A stretch of DNA of 63,091 nt, filler included, from Octopus bimaculoides (taxonomy: Eukaryota): assembly GCF_001194135.2 (NCBI RefSeq). It is 6 parts of 6 records of this genome, joined end to end, with 100 filler letters (N's around TTAATTAATTAA, not from the genome) between each part and the next. Parts side by side here need not be neighbours in the genome. Positions count along the whole stretch, not along the records: positions 18,681 to 44,089 come from NC_068981.1; positions 44,190 to 51,862 come from NC_069007.1; 4 more parts are not named here. One strand, written 5' to 3'. The notes beneath the pieces are model-generated. The model saw nothing but the letters and a program-made list of their open reading frames with translations, was not told the DNA's origin and made no database searches. The position numbers were made by a program, and so were the translations under genes. Below, in pieces: positions 31,690 to 45,030 of this stretch (the first letter of the stretch is position 1; every line of letters begins with the position of its first letter).

Positions 31690-31880
31690 TTCACGCGGGA
31701 CAAAATGCTTAGTGGTATTTCGTCCGTCTTTACGTTCTGAGTTCAAATTCCAACGCAGTTGACTTTGCCTTTCATCGTTTCGGAATCGAAAAAATAAATA
31801 TCGAGCACTGGGGTTGATGTAATTGACTAGCTTCCTCTCCCAAAATTTCGGGTCTCGTGTCTAGTGGAAAGGATTATTGT
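31690..31880 (+). mobile_element. SINE family S2
   Basis: Shared core. Confidence 0.8.
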
Positions 31881-32374
31881 GATGATGAAAATTAATCATC
31901 GTCGTCGTTATCATCATCACCGTCATCGTCGTCATCGTCGTCGTGTGGTTGTGGTGATGTAAGGTGTGGTTATTGTTGCCGTCGTTGTTTTTATTGTTGT
32001 TTTTGTTTTTGTAGTTGCAGAAGTAGATGCTTGTAAATATATATTAATAGAAAGAAGGAAATATCTATGTGTGTGAGAGATAGAGAGGGAGAGGGAGAGG
32101 GAGAGAGAGAGAGATGGATAGAGTGAGTTTGTGTGTGCGAGACAAAATGTGTATGTACTCACGCAGACATTCATATATACACACAAACACACACACACAC
32201 AACTCTTTATGCATGTACTTATGGTCGCCGACTGCAGATAGATGGCAAACACTTAAAAAGGAAGAAAAATATATTTGTACGACTTCCTTGTTCACTCTCT
32301 CTCTATTTTTCTCCCTTTGTGTGTGTGTGTGTATGTTTAGAAATATATTCTTACATATATGCTAACACACACAT

Positions 32375-32413
<39 letters not shown>

Positions 32414-34454
32414 GAAACTGAGAGAGACGAAAATGTGTGTGTGTGTGGATGAGTGCATGCGTGCATTAGTGTGTGCGTTTTACTGTATGTATGATGATGC
32501 TGAGTAAAGATCAATGAAAATGTAGGAAAACGAATTATTCCCGTTGCAGTCATGTTAAGAAGTACTTAAGGCAGAGCTTTTTACATCTCAGCTATTTCAA
32601 GTAAAAGCCAAAAGCAGGTTTTCAAGTGTTCTCCCCCCGCTCAGCTCCATCTCCACACTGTCTCACTTACGCATATAGGGAGACATCTGGAAAGATATAC
32701 TTACTTTCAAAAACCTTCACATGCACGTATGCACATGACGTTTTCAACGATATCTCTGTTTGATAGCGATGTTATGTTATATATTCTGCTGTGTTATGAT
32801 GCTACAGATGTTGCCGATACAGTAACCACTGTCAGAATTTTACGAAAAATGCCAATTACTACCAGAACGCCTGACTTTCGCAGCATAAAAATTGCACAGC
32901 ACATCGAGCATAAAAACTTTTTATATGTCCTGTTGATTGCCGGCTTCTTTATATTGGCATGGTTTTATGTGTGAATGCTACAGCATTGGTCAGTGTGGTT
33001 GAAATTTGTTATAAGATGGATGAGCTAACTGGCTAACTAGGAAAGAATTTCTTAGCTAGTTTTTTCCTCATCAGATTTCTCAGTCCTGGTTTTACGGATA
33101 GTAAAACGCCCTACTTGAGTTTTCTGATTCGGAAAGATCTGACATACTCTGTTCAATTTATCAATACCATTAACCGAACTAAACCGTGCTTTTCTATCCA
33201 ACTTCAAGTAAACCTGCCTGTTGAAGCATCTACTGCCTTTAATCTGTACTTTTGGTTTTGTTTCTTTATTAAATGCTTTTTTTTCTTTGCTTCTTAATCT
33301 TTGCTCTTTTTTCACTGAATTCCTCATAGTTTGCTAGCTTTGTCGATTTTTTTTTATTTCTTGTTACCTTTTCTTCTTTCCAATCATTCTTGTTTATAAT
33401 CTATTTCTCTGATCTCTACTTCTCTTTCATTCATATAGCGCATTTTTGTCCTATCTAAATACTTCCTCATTCCCTTCTTTGATACGGTAAGCTCCCCCCT
33501 CTCTGTCTATCTCTTTATCATCTATCTATCTATAACCTAACTTTCTCACATACGTTCACTTGCTCTTCCCCACCACTAACTACTTTCCTCTCTGTGTTCT
33601 ACTTCATTTTAGTATTTTGTGGTGTTTTTAAACTCAGCTGAGATTGACATATCGTTTTATCCCTCCAGGGTCGATAATATATGTACTAGTCAATTACTGA
33701 GCTCGATCAAATCGACTATAACTTTTCTTGAGAGCCTTGTGCTCAATGTTAGTTATTAATATTGCTCTGGCAAAGAAAGTTAGTGAATAGAATAGCAGCA
33801 TTCAAAGAATGTCGGGTAAAATTATTACAAAAAGTTCAACTGGATTGTGTGAACACAATTTATTTGATAGAACAGCAAACAACTAAATGACTGCGGTTAT
33901 GTCTCAGATATTGTATTGTGTATCAGGCAACTTTCAGTAGATAACCACAAAATAGATAATAATTGAACTTTTTGCCAATACTAAAGTCAGTTCAGTCTAC
34001 TACGCCCAGTCCCTCTATACTTAATTAAAATTAACAATTCTATGTGAGTATTGTAAGTTGGTAGAGATGGTCGCTAGAAAGAAAAGATACTAAAGAATTT
34101 GACTTTTCATTTTGAATTGTTCCAATCTTCTCCAATTCTTGGGTATTGGACTTTCTTTGTTACTCAGTTTAACATCATCTCCTGTTCCACTCGCCCCTCT
34201 AATAAAGAATTCTGCCATCATCACACCAGTCAATGATGCCTTGAAAAGGTTCACGGGATTTACTCTTTCATTTCTTGCTAAACTATTAACAAAATGCACT
34301 TTCATGTCTTCTCTTTATATGCGTCTGTCGTCAATGAAATATTTACCAGTAATACATTTAGTAAACTGCCACATGAATAAAGTATACAATAGATGGTATA
34401 TTCTTCTTCAAAAAAATATTAATATCATGTCTTGTAAGAAAGTAATAATGATTT

Positions 34455-34828
34455 CAAATTTTTGGCACAAGAATGACAGGCAAAGTCGACCTCAGCGGAA
34501 TTTGAACTCAAAACGTAAAATGGATGAAATGCCACTAAGCATTTTCTCGGCGTCCTGACGATTCTGCTTGCTCGCAGCCTTAGTAAGAAAATAATACTAG
34601 TTTCAAATTTTGGCACAAGGCCAGTAATTTCGGAGGAAGGAGTTAAGTCGATTACATCGACCCCATTGTTCAACTAATACCTCTTTTATCAACCCCGAAA
34701 GGATGAAAGACAAAGTCGAGCTCGGCGGAATTTGAACTCAGAACATTCAACTGTTTGAAATGCCGCTAAGCATATTGCTCTGTGTGCTAACGGTTTTGCT
34801 TCCTTGCCGCCTTAGTAAGAAAATAATA
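34455..34828 (-). mobile_element. Head-to-tail pair of S2 SINEs; the second has a 16-bp TSD
   Basis: TAGTAAGAAAATAATA at 34581-34596 and 34813-34828. Confidence 0.85.
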
Positions 34829-36604
34829 TTTAACTTGGCAAGATTTGAGAGCGCCGTGAATTTAGTGACAAACTACTAACAAGCCGAGTGTTCTACAATT
34901 TGGTTTTGAATCTCTGCCGCGCCCATTTGAGTACCTCAAAACTTTTTAGAAAACCATGAACGTCGTGCAGAGTATTATTTCACATCGCCTTTAGAACTGA
35001 GGTTTATCATTGAGCAACTTCATTGGCTATATGTTTACGGCACACAGAATTTATCTACTAGTTTGCACTCTTCCTCCGAAGAATTTCCTTTCTGTTGTTT
35101 CTTAAAGTGGTGTGATGCCTAAAAATGCAGCATATTTCCTTGGTCAGAGTTACTTATTGAGATAACTATTGTTTCTCTTCCCAATAGATATACTTTTAAT
35201 TAATTTAGCAGCTATTTTACCGTCTATCTATAGTGTTATTCATTAAGAAAGACAAAATGAGGTCGCACGGCTAACTAGATGTAGCAGTCAAATAATAGCA
35301 TGCTATCTTAAAATAGAAAGACATTGGATGCATAATGTCAAAAATAAAATGGATTGGTCACGGCTAAAGCGCTTTTGATTATATATTTATGTCTGTGTGT
35401 GTATGAATGTATGTTTTTATGCATGTGTGTGCATATATGTATGTGTGCATACATGTATGCATGTTTGTGTGTGTGTGTGTGTGTGTGTGCGTGAGAGAGA
35501 GAGAGAGAGCATGTTTATTCGATCTGAGCTTCCCTGGGTACTGAACAACAATAACAGCCATTTTATAGTAGGAGAGAAAGGATACGAACTAAGGACCCTT
35601 CGGTCAACACTCGTATGTCCTGTTGGCCAGCTGTAGTGGTATTTGTTGCGAACATAAAAAAAAATGTTAAAGAAAAAGAAAGAAAGTATAAAGTAAACAC
35701 CGAAATGTTTAGCATAAGAAATGCATCATGTTTAATATATCTCTGGAGGCAAGAAAATGATGAGGACATCAAGTTTAGTAAACCAAAAACAAACCGATGA
35801 GGCAATGGATAGGATGGATAAAGTTTGAGCCAGGCGAAAAAAAAAACAGGTGCCTTGAAGGTCGAATTTCTCTTCGGCTACGCTTCTTAATCTTTCCATT
35901 TACGCTCGAGGAAGTTCTGTCGTGTTGCGTTAGCAAGCCTCGCTTCTCCTAAGTCCTCCGGTGGACGACCTGTCTAGTCAGTTGTTAAATGGCTTACTTT
36001 CACCGGTCGGCTGTTCGGCTGTGTGGTTGGTTGGCTGATATCACTCTAAGTCAATTTAGATGTGTGTATAATTTGAAGGGTTATATAGTTGGCTGGCCGG
36101 ATCGGCTGTTTCACATAACGTCTATCTGACGGGTTTTCCCCAACATTCATTTGCTAACTAGAAGAACGAGATGGTCTACCAGCTCATTAAAGTGTCTGGG
36201 TGGTAGTGTAATAAATTACGTTGACTAATTACTAATTAACCATTCGAATATTTGATTTGTTCTGGGAGAACGTATGGAAGTAATACTCTTGAATTTGACA
36301 GAGATCTGTTTGTTTTGTCTATTTTATTACAACCTATGAACGATTGCACCGCTAACCACTAATTAGCTCGCTGCATATCTAACGGCCAGGTTGACAAGGA
36401 AGTGTCTGAAACTCGACGTAGAATAAACGTTTTAAAGGACTACGTCCGATGAACAACATTCGCCGATGATTATATATACGTTAGTAAGATATACATACAT
36501 GCATACATATATACATACATACATACATACATACATACACACATGCATGCATGCATACAGACAGACGGATAGGCAGAAAAATAGTTAAAGAGACAAACTC
36601 ACAC

Positions 36605-36766
36605 ACACGGCGTGGCTGTGTGGGAAGAAACTTGCTTCTCAATCACATGGTTCCATGGTTCAGTTCCACTACGTGGCACCTTCGGCAAGTATCTTCTGCT
36701 ATAGCCTCGTGCCAACCAAAGCTTTGTGAGTGGATTTGGTAGACGGAAACTGAAAGAAGCCTGTCG

Positions 36767-36798
<32 letters not shown>

Positions 36799-37030
36799 NN
36801 NNNNNNNNNNNNNNNNNNNNNNNNNNNNNNNNNNNNNNNNNNNNNNNNNNNNNNNNNNNNNNNNNNNNNNNNNNNNNNNNNNNNNNNNNNNNNNNNNNNN
36901 NNNNNNNNNNNNNNNNNNNNNNNNNNNNNNNNNNNNNNNNNNNNNNNNNNNNNNNNNNNNNNNNNNNNNNNNNNNNNNNNNNNNNNNNNNNNNNNNNNNN
37001 NNNNNNNNNNNNNNNNNNNNNNNNNNNNNN

Positions 37031-37091
<61 letters not shown>

Positions 37092-37605
37092 TATGCGTAT
37101 ACGTGCGTATGTGTGTGTGTTTATAGGAATTTTTCATCAAAAATAACGAAAAAGCAAATCACCTGTTCAAACACGCTTACATGGTAAGAGAGTAAATAGT
37201 TTGAAATCCATAGTAAAAAAGATATCGATAGGCGCAGGCGTGGCTGTGTAGTAAGAAGTTTGCTTCCCAGCAACATAGTTCCGGGTTCAATCCCACTGCG
37301 TAGCATCTTGGGCACGTGTCTTCTACTACAGCCTCGGACCGACCAAAGCCTCGTGAGTGGATTTGTTAGACGGAAACTGAAAGAACCCTGTCGTATATAT
37401 ATATGCATTACATACATACATATATATATATTCTGTTATTCTTTTACTTGTTTCAGTCACTTGACTATTTAGCAGAAGTTACAGAATCACTCAAGGTCCG
37501 AGAATTTCGTGAATTGGCACTTATCAAACATGTACTCATATTTTGAGCTCTGTTTTTCCTGTTTGCATCCTCATACCTGTGTATATAAATATATGCATAT
37601 GTGTG

Positions 37606-37651
<46 letters not shown>

Positions 37652-37890
37652 CGTGATGTATGTGTGTGTGTCTGTTTAAGTTTATTCCCCACCACGCTTG
37701 ATAAGCGGGGTTAGTGTGTTTACGTCCCCGTTCGGTAGATAGATATCCGGTAGAATAAGTACTAGGCTTAAAGTAAAAATAAGTACAGGGGTCCATTCGT
37801 TCAACTAACATTCTTCAAAACAGTGCACCAGTATGGCCGCAGTCTGATAACTGAAACAAGTAAAAGATAAAAGATAAAAGATGAAAGATA
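36605..37890 (+). mobile_element. Cluster of S1 SINE heads and tails with microsatellites and a gap
   Basis: Heads at 36605 and 37232; tail at 37680-37890. Confidence 0.8.
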
Positions 37891-38763
37891 AAAAATGAGT
37901 GACCAATTCTATCTACTCTAGACTCTGAAAACTTTAATAAATTCACGTGTAAGTTTGAAGACTTAAGTATTTTTATTAAATTGTATATTTTCGTGTGAGC
38001 TTTATGTTTACTTCTTTCTCTAATCATAATTCTATGTTTCAAATTTGGCTCTGTTTTATCTCCCTTCGTTTACGTTGCTTTACTGCATGTGCAGTTAGAT
38101 AAACCGTCATTGCCCTTGCATATTCTTATCTTCCATCCTGTGAAACTCTGAGACCCTTTGTTTCTGAAAGAAATCTGTACATCTATTTACATACTTTCCT
38201 TTCAACCACATGTGATAACCTGCATGATAAGGATACACATTACAGATAAGGACACCAATACCAATAAACATACATGCACACATAGATACATGCATGTATG
38301 CCTGCATGCATAAATGCATACAAGCATACATACATACATACGTATGTATGTATGGGGCTATATAGGAGATATGTATGTATGTATGTATGTATGTACAAAT
38401 ATCATGACAACTGATTCCACTTCCTAACGAACCGTAGATAGGCCATCTGAGCTAATCGGAGGATTTCTAGTCAACAAGTCAAAGGTTTACTTTATCACAC
38501 CTTGTCTTCGGAGCTCTGCTTCTGTCTAGGAGCCATTGAAAATTAATTATGTAACAAAGACACTTAATAATCGACTACTTCACTCAAATGTTAGTATATA
38601 AGTGCGCGATGGGATAAAATTCAGGATAAAGGACCAATAACACTCAATATAGAATGAACGACTTTTTCCTTAGTTTGTTAGAAATCTGTCCCACTTTCTT
38701 ACCCACACATGCCAAATAAAGAAACCACATACACAGAACAATAGAAATAATTTTGATATACCC

Positions 38764-39178
38764 AGGCGCAGGCGTAGCTGCGTGGTAAGAAACTTGCTTC
38801 CCAACCACATAGCTCCGGGTTCATCCCCACGGCGTGGCACCTTGAGCAAGGGTCTTCCGCTATAGCCTCGGACTGACCAAAGCCTTGTGAGTGGATTTGG
38901 TAGACAGAAATTGAAAGACGCCCGTCGTATATGTGTGTGTGTGTGTGTATTTATGGGTATGTGTCTGTGTTTGTACCCTTCCGTCGTTTTACAACCGGTG
39001 CTGGTGCGTTTATGTCCTCGTAATTTAGCGGTTCGGCAAGAGAAACCGGTAGAATAAGTACTAGGCTTACAAAAAATAAATCCTGTGTCGATTTATTTGA
39101 ATAAAAACTCTTTAAGTTGGTGTTCTAGCACAGCCGCAGTCAAATGATTGAAACGAGTAAAAGAATAAAAGAATAAGT
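38764..39178 (+). mobile_element. Full-length S1 SINE with an internal (TG)n tract
   Basis: Head, internal microsatellite and tail ending in (AAAGAAT)n. Confidence 0.9.
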
Positions 39179-40149
39179 TGTAATCCACAATATTATATTT
39201 GGGTGCACATCTTCAAAGATACATGGAGATAAACAGAAGTGATCGCATTTGGTCCGAATCCATTTACCATATAACTAACCTACAGAAATACGCGGTAATG
39301 AATTCTAGCCAAAGAGAGATCCCCAGCAAAGAACAGAGCTTCAAGCAATGACATAGAATCTATATGGAAATAGCAGCCAAATTTCATTCATATTAAACCC
39401 TACCTCTTTAAAAAGTAACAAATAGTTAATGTAGTCTGGGATACATAAAGCTTGTAAAACATGCAGTATAGTCACAGTAGAAAAGCAGTTGATAAGTTTG
39501 TTCGATAAAGGACTAAATTAGACTAAACATCATGTAATAGTGATGTGGTGACAGCAAGGGATATTTAAGACACTAAATATATAAGACAGTAAGGTTACTG
39601 CTGTGTCGAGCTATACAACAACTACTATTTACTTCGTCACATAAAAGAACCGGCGAGTGAACCTGCATATTGTCATTCGATCTACAATAAATAGAAGTTA
39701 AATCTCGTACAAAGTGTAAAACTTAGTCTATCGCGGTGTAAAGTTCACGCTAGACATTGTGCTTCTAAACAAGCGACGAAGAGAGAAAGATGGAAAGACC
39801 ATTGATAGAATATATTTGTTCATGTCTACCTCTTCGTGAATGACCTGGGGTTAAACGTTATCAATTATAAACGAAAGAAAAAAGAAACAGAATATAAATA
39901 TTAGATCAGAGATTCTCAAATAGATCGATATAAATAGCCTGAGGGTTTTACAGGATGTCAAAATGGATACTTCTCAATGGATAGAAATTTAATCATCGAC
40001 AAGGTTTAATTTAAGACGTCAATGAACATGAGCTTAAATAGTTTAGAGTTCATCATATACAATCTGTGCATTCAATATGCGTTAAAGCTGCGAATATAAG
40101 GGCTTTCCTGCATCATGAGAACTCATAGCAGAGAATATTTCCATAATCT

Positions 40150-40365
40150 GGGCAGTGAGCTGGCAGAATTGTTAGCACACCAGGCGAAATACTTAGCAGC
40201 ATTTTATCCGTCATCACGTTCTTGGTTCAAATTCTGCCGAGGTTGACTTTGCGTTTCATCTTTTGTGGTCGATAAAATAAGTACCAGTTGAGTACTGCGG
40301 TCTATGTAATCGACTTACACCCTCCCCCAAACTTGCTGGCATTGTGCCAAATTTGAAACCAAATA
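40150..40365 (+). mobile_element. SINE family S2, near full length
   Basis: Head and core. Confidence 0.85.
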
Positions 40366-41085
40366 TTTCTATAATCTGGTAGCTTTCATCAGTCATGAAG
40401 ACACAAATGTGAAGAACATTTTCACAATTCTAATCGTAGTGTTATTTATTTTTGACAAGAACCCTATATATTTGACAATCTACTTTATTTCGTAGTTGTC
40501 TCCCTAATGATAACAAATGATCGTTGATTAGAGTGTCTGCCAATGATTTCTTCATTTAGGTGCATGAATGACAGTATGTTAAAAAAATTCCTTGCAGCCA
40601 CGTTGTTTAGGGTTCGATTCTACCGCTCGTTACTTAGGTATTCAATTATTAGCCTCAGACTGAGCAATAAACGTGAGAGCAAACATTTTTTCTTAAATTA
40701 CAATGCTCCTCTACATAGCCAGACACTAATGGCTGACATTTCAATTCTATTCAATTTTGCCTTCTTCACTGCTGTCACAAATCAACCCACCTTCAGACAG
40801 CTTCAGATGCACACACTGACCTATATAATATAAAGCTACAAATAAACAGCCTCTCCAAAATTGAATAACATCCTCAACGTCTTACTCTAAAAGAATTCAA
40901 AGGGTAGCGCAATCCAAGGCTAGAGTAATCCGGTGGAAGGAAATCCATTAATCGAGTCCTCCGTGCAGCAGAATCTGGATTAGGTAAAATAGCATTCTGT
41001 GCACTATGCTTCATGCAAATACATTACACAACGCTGTATTTGTACGGAAATATTTTTTCTATAGACGTACTGTTTTAAATAGCGC

Positions 41086-41147
<62 letters not shown>

Positions 41148-41269
41148 TTATTTATATATATATACGCGCACGCACACACGCACACACGAGTGTGTGGACA
41201 AACGAAAGAAGGGCACTCAACAAACAACACATTTATTGGGAGTTACATGTATGGATCAAAACAGTTTGA

Positions 41270-42460
41270 TTTAAATTTGTTGGTACTCTTGAGTTTCAAA
41301 CGTGATGCTAGGCGGCAACCATTTTGAATTTGTATGACAGAAGTTGATTGTTATTACCGTAAGGCGAGCTGCGATTGGTCGAGGAAGGTCACGTGGTGTC
41401 GTAGTTTGAAGTTGGTATATGGGTAACAGTTAGTTGAAAAATACTACATGGTAAATAGGAAATTGACCATGTGGAGGACAAGAAATAGACCACGTGGCGA
41501 TTAGGAAATGAAATCGGTCGGTTGTTGGAGGATATGTAGCTCTTCGTGGAGGCAGACCTGCCAGTTGGGGACGCTGGGTGAATATGGTGACGTTCTGTCG
41601 ACAATAGTCCACTTGATGCTGAGTATTTCAGCACGGAAATCACGAACTTTCCAGAGCTAACGAGACAGGGAAGTAGAGTTCTCTCTGTCTCTGGATCTGA
41701 ACGAGTGCAAATGCTAGGAGTATCTTCCCTTGAAGTCATTAGCTGTCATGCCCGTATAGTGCCTAGTAATGCCATCGGATGGTATAAGGATGGCTCTGTA
41801 TACTACAGCCCTTGAGAGGCAAGAACCTTCTGGAGGGCATATGGCGGGGTTTCGAAAGTTGCAGGTTGGGGTTGGGGTGGTGTGGCTGCATTTTTACGTC
41901 TGTTGATGCATACGATGTTTGATGTGATGTTCTGTAAGCAGGAGTAGCTCACCTTGAAAGTATGGGTGTTGAAGAGTTTGTAAAACTTATGGCTTCTGGG
42001 AAAGTGTTTATTAATTAGCGACAGGAAGCCCCTAGCTAAGTTGGTGGAAACTTCTAGGTTGAAAGTGAGCTTATACTATATAATTATCCTTCCCCTAATT
42101 CTTTTGGAGTGAGGAGAGAGTGTGTGGGGGTTGACAGTAAACCCGCTCCTAGACAGGAGTAGGGGAGCGGCTATATTAAAGATCTTTCTATTGGCCGAGA
42201 AATTAGATAGTCGTTTTCTAATGCCTGGAATCAGATTTTTAATTACAGTAGGGGGATGGTTTGAGCTTTTGTGGATGTATACTGTATCCTCGTCAGACTT
42301 CCTGTACGGGTAATACTTACCCGTACTCAAGTCTAAGGTTACGTCCAAGAAATTGACCGTAGTCAGGTTGGTGGTAACCGTTATAGACAGACCGAACTCT
42401 AAATATTTTTATCAAGTCCTTCCTGAACCTGTCCATGGTTTGAGATAGCGAGGCCATAAC
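41270..42460 (-). mobile_element. Penelope-like element (RT C-terminus, thumb, GIY-YIG, 3' region), inactive
   Basis: NFLDVTLDLSTGKYYPYRK, YIHKSSNHPP, CNFRNPAICPPEGSC and YTGMTANDFKGRY. A half hammerhead (GAAACTCAAGAGTA) lies at 41297-41284. Confidence 0.92.
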
Positions 42461-43190
42461 GGTATTATCTACCGATGATACATGATTTTGTAGCTAGGAC
42501 ACTATATAATGAAATTCGTCGGAAAGATATGCCCGAGGACAAATAAATAAGAACCCACTGTAAGGTAGAAACCATAGCCACTAATAATAAAATTGAGTAC
42601 TGGTGGAATGTCCCAGTGAAAACCTCAATAAAATGTAAGCACAGCAGATGTGATATAACGATTTGGGATAAAGAAGAGAAACTGTGTAAAGTTGTGGAAA
42701 TCAGCTGCCCAGCGAATGTTAAGATTAAGCTGAAGATCAGTGAAATAGGGAACACCTATGCTGAACTATTGAGAAATCTGCAGTTACTCTATCCAAATTA
42801 CAATTTCAGGTATATACCTGAAATTATTGGAGCCCTGGGATGCGTAAGACACTGCCTAGATACCAATCTTAAGAAATTAGGTGTCTCAAAACCAGAAAAG
42901 AGAAAGCTGATTCGAAGACTACAGATCCAAGCCATCAGTAGAAGTGTAAAAAATCTGTTAAACTTTCTAAAAGTTTATCATTTAAGTATATATGAGCATG
43001 TCTAGATATGAAAGTATATGCATGAGAAGACATGCAAATCTGCAGGTATGCATACATACAAAAATATCCTGTTGTTGATGTTGAAATTCCAATGAAGAAG
43101 CTTTGGATCTATGTTACAAACCGGTTCGTTCTCTATTGGCAAGAAATCTTGAAATAAAACTGAATAATGACATACATACATACATACATA
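42460..43190 (+). mobile_element. 5'-truncated RLE retrotransposon with a (CATA)n tail
   Basis: RYYLPMIHD, EYWWNVPVKTSIKCKH, VVEISCPA and IIGALG, homologous to the 21057-21822 copy. 3'UTR ends GACATACATACATAC. Confidence 0.9.
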
Positions 43191-43195
43191 TACAT

Positions 43196-43234
<39 letters not shown>

Positions 43235-43476
43235 CACACTGGTATGTACACAGACGGATTGATGGTTCTTCGCCGGTTTCGAGGATGAAGACTTCAGTTC
43301 TCACATTAACAAATTTATCTGCTCTTGAATTAACATGTAAGTGGCTGAGCTCACCAGAAACAAACCTACCCTAACGTCATTCTCAGACAAAATCAGCGTG
43401 GCACTAAGCGAGAATACTCTACCTCTGAATTAAATGTACGCTTTTAGCCAATTTCTCTCACAAATTACTGCTATTG

Positions 43477-43529
<53 letters not shown>

Positions 43530-43974
43530 AACACACATATATTGAAATATGAAATAGAAGCGGTGCTTGTATAGTAAACATTATCAACCACATATACTTA
43601 ACACACACTGATAGTATATTTGCCGGTAGGTTGCGTTATGACGTGGTGGAGAAGACTCTCAATGTACAGGGTATTGAAACATCTGAAAGTCATGGACAGT
43701 CGAGATGATTCACCTCTAATCCCATCTAAGAGTGATCGACATCGAAGTATATTTCGCTATTTTTGTGGCATTTCAAATGTTGATCTTGGTAGGACACAGA
43801 AATGGCGAAACATCAATGTCAGTCACTCCTAGATGGGATTAGAGGTGTCTATGACTTTCAACTGTTTATGACTTTCAAGTGTTTCAACACCTGGCACTTT
43901 GAGAGACTCTTCTACAACACGTCAAATCGCAGCCTCTTGGCAAATGTACTTTCCGTATTCGTTAAGTATCTGTC

Positions 43975-44021
<47 letters not shown>

Positions 44022-44022
44022 G

Positions 44023-44089
<67 letters not shown>

Positions 44090-44189
44090 NNNNNNNNNNN
44101 NNNNNNNNNNNNNNNNNNNNNNNNNNNNNNNNNTTAATTAATTAANNNNNNNNNNNNNNNNNNNNNNNNNNNNNNNNNNNNNNNNNNNN

Positions 44190-44222
<33 letters not shown>

Positions 44223-44744
44223 TATACATATAAATACATATCTATATTATATATAAAAATATATTATACATGTTATATATATTTAAATATATGTGTGTGA
44301 GTGTGTGTATAAACATGTATGTGTGACTATGTTTGTGAGCGAATATGTGTGCGTATATATTTTCTTACATTTTCGTTCTTTGATTTGCTTTAGCGATCAC
44401 ACTTAATGCCATGCTGGAGCACCCACGTATGTTCTTAACATTCAAACATAAAGACATCTGCAACATTCAGTATATTAATATATTTAAAATATTCATAGTC
44501 ATGGGGCAGAGTGAAACCTTAGGGAGAAAAATTTAGCTCCTGGTGTAAAAGATATTTTTCAATTAATAAAAGTCGGTGTTTAAGGGAATGTGAGAGGAAA
44601 TCCCGGTGATTCCGAATGCGACGAAGTCGGAAGATCCAGGAATCTATATTTTCTTTAATATATAAGTAGTTATGCAACGCTTTGGAAAATGACCAAACCA
44701 AGATCCACACTACAAGACACAAATGTTATCGATATAGGTTGATT

Positions 44745-45030
44745 TAAAATTTTGGGACAAGACCAGCAATTTCAGAGGAAAGGTTAAGTCGAATATATCA
44801 ATCCCAATGTTTAACTGGTACTTATTTTATCGGCCTCAGAATGTAAAGACGGACGAAATGCCAGTAAGCAATTTTCCCGGCGTGCTAACGATTCTGCTAG
44901 CTCGCCGCCTTAGTGTTATGGATAAATTGATTTTAAATTTTCTGGCAAGGCCAGTAATTTCAGACGAGGGGTTAAGTCAATCACATCAGCCTCAATGTTC
45001 AGCTGGTACTTATTTTATCGACCCCGGAAG
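44745..45030 (-). mobile_element. Second head-to-tail S2 SINE pair
   Basis: Two S2 cores; degenerate direct repeat TGTTAT.GATA..TTGATTT at 44724 and 44914. Confidence 0.7.

Noticed and set aside
33052-34305. Short ORFs of 70-90 aa on the minus strand
   Set aside because: They have no known motifs or convincing splice context, and this length is expected by chance.
22890-42460. Selenocysteine recoding in the Penelope-like (Naiad-type) endonucleases
   Set aside because: No in-frame TGA was seen at Cys positions. The stops are TAG-type decay, and one Cys position reads TGG, which is uninformative.
43262-43298. Hammerhead-like CTGAAG...CGAAACCGG on the minus strand
   Set aside because: The core and NUH site are broken and there is no helix I pairing.
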